Assembly (NCBI GenBank): GCA_051362555.1
Contig: CM120640.1
Location: forward strand, 22,554,225 to 22,618,224
Direction: 5' to 3'
DNA: 64,000 nt
DNA from: Lingula anatina
Taxonomy: Eukaryota; Animalia; Brachiopoda
A model generated the notes under the pieces. It saw only the letters and a list, made by a program, of their open reading frames with translations, did no database searches and was not told the DNA's origin. Below, piece after piece: positions 53,457 through 64,000 of the stretch. Every line of letters starts with the position of its first letter. Position 1 is the stretch's first letter. Made by a program: the position numbers and the translations under genes.

Positions 53457-54510
53457 TAGGTATACTGCCAAAGGTAAAACTTTATTTAATTGCTCGCATC
53501 ATGACATTAGTCGCCTTCATACATTTCTAGACGTGAAAAACCGTTTCATTATACCACGTTGTACAATTAGAATCAATTTACCGATACATTCGCCCTGAAT
53601 TTGTCAAATGTTATTTACCAGATTGTAAATTTTCCCGCCAGGGTGAGCTAGGAGCAAGACAGAAATCGTCTGCTAAATTTTGCAATGCTCTGTCACCGTT
53701 TTAGAACATTGGACTGTGGGTGAGGTGAGCGAAAATTATACTGGAAGTAGAGTCTCCTGATATCAGAGTAAGTAAGTGCTGTATTTTAAATGTTTATAAT
53801 TTTACGATTTTGATGTATGGAGTGATTTAAATGATAAAGCAACTTTATTAGCAGTAACTTGTCAATCATATTTCTAATTTATTATGGTAGTTTCAGTAGC
53901 ACTTACGGTGCTGTGAAGCTAAGACCTGATTTTTTTATCTACATCCCTGGCATGACCTCAACTCTCACTTGAATGAGTTCCTTGTAAAAATATTTTTTTA
54001 AAAGCTATTAGGTAAATTGGTTTACAAATTTATTTGAATAGCAGAGACATTGATCAAAATAACCACCTTAATTGAGAAAAACACTGAAAATAAAATATTT
54101 GTGCCTGTAAGTTTGAAGGTACCTGTTTTTTAATGAGTCATTTATAATTTAAGTTTTAAGTTTATAAAAAGAACTGGACATGCAGTTGAGTAGAGATCAT
54201 CTTGAAGAGATTTCTCTTTATAAATTTGTAGATCTAAGTCAAGAAACAAAATCAATTAATTTAATTATATTAAATTAACTGATTTTGTTTTTTGACCTAG
54301 ATCTACAAATAAAAAAATTATGAAAAATAAATTTGAAACTTAGGGACAGTGCAGTGATGTTTAATTTACCATTATATCATTCACACACTACAGTTGCATA
54401 TAATGCATTACCGTGCCTTTATAATTTTATCTTTTGAAATTTGATCCTGTTTCAATTTTTTAAAGATCACATTTAATTTACTTAAAGTCTTTTTTAGATT
54501 CCTTTATACC

Positions 54511-57500
54511 ATGGCTTGCACTGCAACTCTCAACAGATCTGTTCAAAAAACAACATCCGTAAGTAATTGTACATACTAGTAACTCAGCAGGAGCTGAAGC
54601 ATTAAGAATGATTTTTTTTATGAAGCCCACACACAAGGGACATCCATAGTGTGTTTGGTGTGACTGAATGCCTTTTGAATGCTGTGTGTTTGTGTGTGTG
54701 AGAGAGAGAGAAACTTTTTGCTCTGGGTATGCATCTAAACGTAAACGCAAAATTAACTCACTTGCCATTGCGGGGGTTGTGAGTGGATGGTTGAGGGTCA
54801 TTCTCCCCCATCATAACTTTTGTAAGAGTTGTTATGAAGAGTTGATATTTTGGTTAATTAATGCATGTGTGTACTTGCAGTTATGAAGATATCACAGTGT
54901 TTATCATAATCATTACTTTTAGATACTTCACAAAATTTCTTATGCACTGTTCCCATTGTATATATATATTTTTTTATTTTGTGAAATCAAACCCCTGATT
55001 TTTATCAATTTTTAAAATTGAACATATTCATAACATAAATGTACCCTCTTACCAGTTCCACTGATTGATTTTTAGCTAGATATTCACAGATAATGTCTCT
55101 GGCTAATCTGGCTATGGTCGATCATCTAACTGGCTGGTGGGAAATGTGCCTGTAATATCTGCTGCCCTGGTAGAGGGTAACAATAATGATGTCTTTTGTT
55201 ATGTGTAAATTATAGGGCTTTTGTCTGTTCCATTGGCAGATACAGTTGAAAATTAAAGTGACATCTATTTTCAGTAATGGAAATGTAACATTCTTGATCA
55301 ATGATGTATGCAAAAATTCACATTGCATTGTTGAGGAAGACTAGAAAAAAAGTTATTTTTTGTCCAAAACAGACTGTAACATAAAATAATAATTAAAAAA
55401 GTCCTAACTTCACTAAATATCATGTCCAGTACAGTTAAAGAATGAAAAAAAAAGTATCTGTTGGTGGGATGCGTAATTGCTGTAACTCAAGTCTAGCCAA
55501 TGTTAGGTACTAAATTATGTTATTCATTCTATTAGATGGATTTTTAAATAAAAGGGGCCATCACCAATCAAGTTTCGAACATCATACTTGTGTTTATCCT
55601 TTATTGTTGATTTTGTGTGTGAGTGAGGAGACATAAATGTTTTATTTTGTATTTATAAGACTGACCATTTTAGTTTGTTTTTCCAGTGGCTTGCATTTCC
55701 TACAGAACAAGCGACTGAGACCCAATCGGCAACATTTGTGAAAAAACTTTTGGCAGTAGCCATCTCAAATGTAGCATATTTAAGAGCTATTTTTCCCGAG
55801 CATGCTTTTGGAGATAAATGTCTGGAAGGTAGGTTCATCACTTAAGACAACTACAAAACTGTGTATATTGAACTTTGTATGATAAGAAAGTTAAATGACA
55901 ACATATATTTTAAAAAGATGGTTGTTGATTTCAACACAAATCAGGTAAAATAATATTTTTTATTTAAGATTTGAATCTAAAAATACTGAGGGAGGATACT
56001 GCCTGTCCAGGAGCATGTCAGGTTATCAAGTGGATGCGAGGTTGTTTTGATGCTTTTGACAAGAAATATGTGAGTACATATGTTTTACAATTATTGAGAT
56101 GTACATGATAGAAATGCCTTGTGCTCTTCTTCATTCAAACCATTATATTATTTTGATAATTTAAGGAATAACGTTGGTGAATTAAAAATTAATAAAAACC
56201 AGCATGTTTTGCACTCAGTGACATGAGATATTGAAGTTATATGGTTTCTTTCAATTCCAGCTGAAAACATTGATAATTGGGGTAAGTTGGGATGACAGAT
56301 ATGGTTGGCATTTTACATTTTTTCTAGTCATATAGTTGATGGAATAAAGGATTTAAATGTAACATTTTATAGAATCTTCCTTTCTTTTTGAAACAATTTA
56401 CCAGATGGTATTGAAATGACGTCTGGCAGATTCAGTTTTGCTTACTTATTTCCACTTCAATTTTTATTTCAAGATTTATGTGGATCCTGAAAACCCAGAT
56501 GTAAGTATAGTTTCAAATTATTAGGTTTTGATTTTAGTTTTTCATCCATTTTTTTAAAGCAGATAAGCCACTACAGGATCAGTAGAGGAGCAAACTATCT
56601 TGCCAATATTATGTCTTTATCAGAAATCATATGATTGGGAAAAGGTGCATGATATCTTCATGCACTTACCATCAGTATGCTTATTTATCATTTTGTTGTT
56701 TTCATTGCAGACCATTATAGAATCATACACTTTTAAATTTGATTATACAAACAATGGTCGAATGGACATATACAGGTATGAGTTATATGTTTTTCCTTGC
56801 CAGCTTCTTACTTAATTCTCTCTTTGAAATGGTTTTAAAAAGTGAAAGCATATTACTTATTAAATGTTCCTGTGAAATTTTTACCACATCATGCATCCCA
56901 TGATTTGAGCAGATGGCCTGAAATAAAGTTTATTTTAAAAATAATGATCTGCTGATAACAAAAAGGTGTGATTTTCATAATACAGCCTTGTTAGCTCATG
57001 AGACCAGGTTAGACCTAATTGACTGGCTAACTAACGATGTATCATAGAATGGTTTTTGTTACTAATTTTTTTCTGTCATTTTATTTTTTTAATCATTATT
57101 GTTTTTTGTTGGTATTAATTTTTCATTTTATTAATTTTTTTATTCACACATTTTTTATATCATATCATTACTCAGTATCTTTATCCTTGCTATTTGCTTC
57201 TGCTTATCACTTAACACTAAAACACTAAAAAACAGTTTATATGTATCAATGAAATTGTATTTTGTCATATTTAACCTACATTGAAGAAAATAATGACATT
57301 TATTTCCTTGTAGAAATGGTGATAAGCTAGCAAGTGCTTATAGTCCATCAGAAACTAAGAAAGCAACCATCAAACTTTTGAGAACTATTGTGATTCTCAC
57401 ACAGACATTAAACTCTCTGCCTGATGATGTGATGATGACTATGAAATTACTCTATTATGATGATGGTAAGACCTTTGTTTTTAAATATTATATGGATTTA

Positions 57501-60500
57501 TGAATTTCAACTGGAATGATATTTCTTTGCAAGAGAAATTAAAAGCAGATGTCACCACTTAACACAACCAGTTTGTGACTTAAGTTGTCAGTGACCAATA
57601 TATTTATTTGTTTATGTATTTTTGTATTTAGATAAATGTTTTTGTGGGGGCAATGTTTCATTATTGTGGAAATATTTTACCTCATCTAATCTCAATTTAG
57701 TGACACCAGCTGACTATGAGCCTCCAGGATTCCAGCCAGTAGATACTGATTATTTTATTTTTGAAGAAGAGCCAATAAATATTAAAGTGGGAGACGTCCA
57801 TACTGTGAGTTTTCTTTTTTTTTAAAGAGACTATTTCAGTTTACTGCTTATGTCATGCTTAGAGTCAACAGTGTGAATATAGTCTGGTTTGTAGTTCATA
57901 TTGAATATTTATCTACATATTTATTTATGATAGTTGGGTATTGAACACATAATATAATATACTTTATGTTTCTTTTCAATTGTTCTTTGATCCTTGGATT
58001 TGGATGATCAGCCATTTCATGCGTAAGTATTCCATCTTTTTCCATTCAAATTTTTTGGTGTAAAGGGACACTGTATATGCATACTGATGTGTAAAAACTA
58101 AAGATAATATGATAGTGAAAGTGTAATACTTCGAACTGTAATCAGTCAATGCAGTCTTCAAAATGCACTGTAGCACTTTAAAAAGATGCCAAAATCTTAC
58201 AGATTGAAGCTCAGAATTAAAACGGATGGAAAACAGTTTGAAGAACAAGAAACTGTTGGAGCAGACAGTCAAAATATAGAAGATGAAGAAATGATGACAG
58301 AAAAAAGCATCTATGTAGGTATTTGTAGCCGTATGAATGTATTTTCTTCACTCGTGTTCGTCTTTTGTTTTGTCACGTGGGCGTCATCTTACTCTCTCAT
58401 TCCCATTGGTCATCTTTCCCGTTTCATCGCTTATAAATATCGTCGCCGCCTTTTTCTGTCATTCTTCTATTTTCTCATCGCTCTTTATATATTTACAGGT
58501 ACGTGGTCAATAGTTTAATTCTTTTATGAATATTATCATTATTATTATTATACTTATTATATATTAAGATTATAGCTATTAATAACATTATTATGATGAT
58601 CGCGCATTCTTCTATTTTCTCATCGCTCTTTATATATTTACAGCAAGATGGTATGGAATAAATAAGAACAAAGAGAAATAGACTTTGTTGTGAACGATTT
58701 AATCGAACATTGCTAAATATGATTGGTACTTTAGGTCAAGATAAAAAATCGGACTGGAAAAAGTACATTCAAAGTTTAGTTCACGTGTACAATTGTACAA
58801 AGAATGATGCAACCGGATATTCTCCATATTTTCTAATGTTTGGTAGAAACCCTAGACTGCCTGTAGATTTGACTTTTGGTCTAGATGAACAGAGTGGGAA
58901 TACAGAGCACTCAGATTACATTAGAAAATTAAAAAGACGATTGCAATATGCTTATGAATTAGCTTTTAAGAATTCTGTAGATCTTAAAAGGAATAACAAA
59001 GAACGGTTTGATAAAATGACGAGAGGAGCTGTCGTCCAGCAAGGAGATAGAGTATTGATCAGAAACTTGGGGTTAAAAGGAAAGAATAAGTTGGCCGATA
59101 GATGGAAACCTGAAGTATATGTGGTTGTAGAACAACCAAATAAAGATATACCGGTATACAAAATTAAAGAAGAAGGAGTCAAAAGTGGAACATTGAAAGT
59201 TGTTCACAGAAATCACTTACTTCCTTTACCTGTCGGAGGATTGAGGAAGAGTAGTGAGACAAAAGCGCAAGTTGAAGATCCCTCCATTCCAAGGAGGTCT
59301 AAAAGGGAGAAGAGGATTCCAGAAAAATATCAAGGCTAACTTAAAGCTTTGATTAATTTAGTGTCATATTTTAATAAAAACTAGATCATTGTTGTATAGT
59401 GTTATTATTATTTGTGGAGTGAATGAAATGTATGGAGACATTTCTTTGAGAAGGGGGGTGAATGTAGCCGTATGAATGTATTTTCTTCACTCGTGTTCGT
59501 CTTTTGTTTTGTCACGTGGGCGTCATCTTACTCTCTCATTCCCATTGGTCATCTTTCCCGCCTTTCGTCGCTTATAAATATCGTCGCCGCCTTTTTCTGT
59601 CATTCTTCTATTTTCTCATCGCTCTTTATATATTTACAGGTACGTGGTCAATAGTTTAATTCTTTTATGAATATTATCATTATTATTATTATTATACTTA
59701 TTATATATTAAGATTATAGCTATTAATAACATTATTATGATGATCGCGCATTCTTCTATTTTCTCATCGCTCTTTATATATTTACAGCAAGATGGTATGG
59801 AATAAATAAGAACAAAGAGAAATAGACTTTGTTGTGAACCGTTGCATATTGATTTGTTAATTTTGTTCATATACAATAAAACAGACAAATAGTCTCTCTC
59901 TCTCCCTCTCTCTCTCTCAAAATGCAATAAAACCACATTTTTTTGTTCTGCATTATTATTATTGTTGTTGTCATTATAATTGAAAATATGTAATCTTTAT
60001 CTTTTGGTTAATTATATATATAAAAATATTACACCAGGCATGTTATCTCTTTTCTTAAAATTGAAAAGGAGGAAGGGCTGCACCAAGCTGACCAAAAGAC
60101 GGTCCAAAACCATACAGAAACCAGTTCCAGTACGTTGAATACCTCAAGTAAATTGATCAAACAGCCCATGCAATGTGAAGATGTCCCTGTGGAGACTCCA
60201 GCACGTCCAGGTGTATTTACTGGCCTAGTAATGTTTCTCTCTGTGTTTTGTATAGTTTTTTTATCATAAGTTCAAAGGTTGTTATTTTTTTAGACCTCTG
60301 AAATTTCTCAGTGCTCTTGATTAATTTTATTTTCATGGGATGTGTGGTAATCAATATGTACATTTCAGGCACAGAAGATAGAGCAATCAGTACAACTGGC
60401 TCAGCAAAAAGTAACATAGATGCTCAAGAAGAGAATGGAGTGAGGTGTCCGTGTGGATGCAACGAGGTAAACATTTGATGATATTGGTCAAAAGAACATT

Positions 60501-60722
60501 CATATAAATAAATTATGTTATTTATTTTCTTATTTTCTTTCTAAGCATATGTATTATGTCATTACAGACCATTAATAACTTTCTTTTTTAATTCAGGATG
60601 ATGGCTTGATGATCTTATGTGCCTCCTGCAGGTACTGGCAACATGCAGTATGTTTTGGAATTATTGATGAAAATGAAGCTCCACAAAATCATATTTGCAA
60701 TTTTTGTGCAAACGTAAGTTTT

Positions 60723-60779
<57 letters not shown>

Positions 60780-62527
60780 TTTAAGATAAAGTTATTTCAT
60801 ATTTGAAGAAATATTACAGTTTGTCTTTTTTGTTTTAATTTAATATATGAATAATCCAGAATAATGAATTGCAATAATGTTTTGTTTTGTTTTATTTAGG
60901 AAGAAGATCCAGAAAGACAACCTACTGACCCAAGACTTGTTGGACTTGATGAAATTGCTGTCCAGGTAAAATAAGTCGTATTGTGAATAATTGCTGTTTA
61001 GACAACAATTTGACATGTATTTTACATAATGTTATGAGGAGTTTTTGTGTAATATTAACATTTCTCTACTAGTAAAGGTAAGTCAACCTGAAGTATATAC
61101 TGATACTAAATTTGTATCCTAATTTAAGTCATTAAATAGCTTGAAATGTCATATTTGTTTCTCTATGTGGATTTTGTAGAACAATTATTTAACTCTCTCC
61201 ATTCCTGATCTAGGCAACATCTTTATGGAGAAGAGCACTTTTGACCTGCAGTGAGTTATCTAGAATTGTGCTTCCCAACTTTGCCAGATCTTTGGGTGTA
61301 GAGATGACTGTGGCACAAGGCCTAGTCAATAGACTGGAAAGAGAAAAGTTCATAAAAGCACCAAGCAAAGGCAAAAGGTTTGTAGTAAATTTATTAATAT
61401 TTGCTTGTACAGGTAGTATCACATCTATTTGTCAGACCTTATTTGATTTTAAACAAGTTTAATTGTATTTTGTCCTTGGCAGAACCTTAGTTTGATGACA
61501 AGGTCCTTAAAATAAATATTATCTGTATGTCTTTTAAACAAAAAAAGAAGTATAATTATTATTTTTATCTTTTAGTGAACATTTCATGACGAAAAAGACA
61601 AGATTATTAATGTAAAAAAAATTTTCTCTTCTTCATGTCTTGAAATGTTTTTATTACAGATTGGGAAAAATTGTAGAAAAGGAGAAGATAAAAAATGAGG
61701 GCTTTAAAAAATATTTCAAGATGAAAAATATTCAAGCGACTACAGAGGTAAAAAGGACTACTTGTTACAAACAGTTATTCCAGTTCCAGTATCGTTTCTC
61801 CATCTCCCTTAAAGTTAAAAATTAATTTAAAATAAAAGATATTTGGTGTTTTACGGAAAAATTAATTTGATATTCATGTATTTATCTATTTGTTATTATA
61901 CAAATTTTTAATTTGCAGATTGACAAACTAGCTGACAGAGCAGACAATATTAACCTTACTGGTCATCGTAAAAAGCCTGTTGCAAAAGGAAAAGAGGTAT
62001 GACATGCAAGGATTGAATATGCTAAGTATTGATGAAATGAGACATCGTTTGCACCAATAGAAATTGATTTACCAGTAAGATTTGGCTGTAAAGTTGCCTC
62101 TATGTTGTTTCTGAAATCTTTTTAAGGCACAGCCAACACCACAGGGAAAGGAGAAATTAACCAATAACAGCAAAAATAAAGGGCAAAAAAGAACCAGATC
62201 GGTTATAGATCAGGTAAAGACTGGCTAATGAAGGTTTCATTCTGCACTTCCTTTTGCAACTTTTAACCATGTTGTGACATGTATATATGCAACTTGCTAT
62301 ATAAAGTTAAATATACATTTGTTTTATATCTATGGTATTGGTGTTAGGGAATAATAAACCAAGAGCTGGTTGCCTGTAATGAAACATTAAGTTTGAATTT
62401 AATTTGCTTTACTTTCATTATTTTTTAGGAAGAATTTGAACTTGCAAGTGTAGATGGTTGTTTGGAAGATACATCACAGAGGAAAAAGAGAAAAAGCAGT
62501 GTTGTCTCTAAGGCAATTCGCGTATAA
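54511..62527 (+). CDS. HORMAD1: Meiotic HORMA-domain protein (HORMAD1/Hop1-like) with PHD and winged-helix region, 19 coding exons, about 573 aa
   Basis: Exons: 54511-54558, 55687-55828, 55969-56069, 56261-56281, 56474-56500, 56711-56775, 57314-57465, 57701-57804, 58012-58022, 58203-58314, 60069-60210, 60369-60466, 60597-60713, 60900-60965, 61214-61377, 61660-61747, 61919-61996, 62127-62213, 62429-62527 (1722 nt, in frame). HORMA motifs [101 protein letters not shown]. Basic closure-motif tail [11 protein letters not shown]. Confidence 0.93.
58324..58695 (+). repeat. 5' LTR (lacking its last 7 bp)
   Basis: Near-identical direct repeat of 59463-59839, with an internal duplicated 39-mer CATTCTTCTATTTTCTCATCGCTCTTTATATATTTACAG. 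Confidence 0.93.
58689..59339 (+). pseudogene. Gypsy integrase C-terminal fragment
   Basis: [15 protein letters not shown]...[40 protein letters not shown]...[25 protein letters not shown]. Gag, protease, RT and RNase H are absent. Confidence 0.92.
59463..59846 (+). repeat. 3' LTR
   Basis: TGTAGCC...GTTGCA, preceded by the PPT, with AATAAA at 59801. Confidence 0.93.
60727..60776. repeat. (GT)n microsatellite
   Basis: Direct reading. Confidence 0.95.
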
Positions 62528-63066
62528 GTTCAGCAGTTTCACTTTTTTCACTTGCTTCACTGGTTTGGATCAACAAAAAACAAATGACGGTGCTTATGAA
62601 AAGTGTTTGAATATTTAAAACGTCTTGAGAAAATTAGGATCATTTTCTGTGTTATCGCTAACTATACCCTGTATATAGTAGTAGCTTTAAATAATAGGTA
62701 CATTTAATATATTCCGCAGGGTGTAGTTTTTATAAGAAATTATTGTTATGTTGAAAATTGTTTTTACACACTTTTAATATATGTGATACATGAAGTGAAC
62801 TTGTACGTTTTCTTTCATGTTATATTCAAAACAAGTCTCATTAATGAGATAGCTCAGCACAACTGTGATTTTGTACATCCACCAGCTTATATTTATTGTA
62901 TTCATGCGTTACAATGTTCACTTTATTCATGCCCAACTACACATTTTATTACTGAGATTACACCTTGTTATTTGATGCCATAACTTGTTAAAGTTTTATA
63001 GTTTACCAATACAGTTTTTTTTTGGTATTATTATAAAGTTATAGAAAATATATTAGACCGTACACC

Positions 63067-63072
63067 AATAAA
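63067..63072 (+). terminator. Possible HORMAD polyadenylation signal
   Basis: AATAAA about 540 nt after the stop codon, at the transition to CpG-richer sequence. Confidence 0.4.
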
Positions 63073-64000
63073 TATGTTTATCACTAGCGCAAGGCTATCC
63101 GATTTTCTTGGTGGTGGTATTGGATGCATTTTAATGCCAGTCACTTTATAGCAATCCACTCGAATAAGCTGTGTGAAATTTCAGCTGTTACAGTCAGCAG
63201 TCCCTTATTATTAAAAAATGTAAGTAAGAAAACTAAGAAAAAATGTAAGAAAGACAAAACGGAAAAGCCAAAACTGCATGAAAAGTTATCAAAAACTATT
63301 TTAGTTAACTTTGCCTGGATGGGTTAACGCAGCGCCAATACTTTCGACCTCGGTGCTTTAGATCGAAACACCAAATTATTTTTGGTCTCATTAAAACACC
63401 GATATTGTATGTCGAGCAAACATTTCTAACTTTGATTGTTTAGAAAATGTCCAGTAAGAATGTACATTCCGCACCGAAAAAATAACGAGTTTGTTCAATG
63501 TCAGGAAATTTTTGCCTGTCAAAACACCGGGAGTGCTCAAAATATTGATTGTCAATTTGACAGCTGTTACCTACGCTTATGATACAATGAGGTGCAATCA
63601 GCCGGTGCTTATTTTCAATCTTATCTTCGATTACACATTATGATATTTATCAAAATCATTATCGACATTGCATTTGCCCAATGTGCTTGAATGTAATTAG
63701 ATCGTTTATAAATCCTAAAGATGGCGACAATTAAAATGTGTTTATTTGTGCCCAGATAGACGTCTAGGGGTACTTTATTTACTGTATGGAATATTTTCTG
63801 ATTAAATAGGTTTTAACCACGATTACTCCCTCCACTTTAATTGACCGTTTACTTAAATGCAACATATGGGCAAGTTTTGCAAACAAAAATATATCCGAAA
63901 TGTGCGTGTTGCGAGAGAGCAGTCATTCTTAGACCCTGAAGTTCGGGTTTCACCTTCAAGTTTAAATCTCTACGCCCATTATTACCGCAACTTAAGGAGC

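Larger units (their letters stand above)
58324..59846 (+). mobile_element. Internally deleted Ty3/Gypsy LTR retrotransposon in a HORMAD intron
   Basis: 5' LTR 58324-58695, 3' LTR 59463-59846 (TG...CA), 4-bp TSD TATT (58320-58323, 59847-59850), polypurine tract GAGAAGGGGGGTGAA at 59448-59462, integrase remnant between the LTRs. Confidence 0.95.

Noticed and set aside
58315-58318. Alternative HORMAD donor TAG|GTATTT at 58318/58319
   Set aside because: Phase 1 does not match the phase-0 acceptor at 60068/60069.
1-64000. CRISPR arrays, tRNA/rRNA genes, operon-like prokaryotic systems
   Set aside because: The sequence is intron-rich eukaryotic DNA, and I saw no repeat-spacer arrays or structural RNA signatures.

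Overview
AT-rich animal genomic DNA, mollusc-like judging by the Aplysia-type Kv1 N-terminus. Four spliced or intronless protein genes were reconstructed by hand. (1) SNRNP70/U1-70K on the minus strand, 10 coding exons, 4376-18975. (2) A Shaker/Kv1 channel on the plus strand with an intronless core, 19793-21373. (3) ROPN1L on the minus strand, 48606-51746. (4) Head-to-head with it, a meiotic HORMAD/Hop1 gene retaining a PHD + winged-helix region, 54511-62527, with a young, internally deleted Gypsy LTR element 10 bp into one intron. Main discovery candidate: the Kv1 ORF contains an internal phase-2 splice acceptor at the position where Drosophila Shaker N-terminal variants join the constant region. 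Upstream of it, over about 19 kb, lie a series of ATG-initiated phase-2 mini-exons, several of them inside SNRNP70 introns in antisense. This suggests an array of alternative Kv1 N-termini, with the whole SNRNP70 gene nested in or interleaved with the channel gene. SNRNP70 also shows a dense cluster of decoy 5' splice sites and candidate poison exons in the intron known to be autoregulatory in vertebrates. All coordinates were read by eye and no transcript evidence is available.
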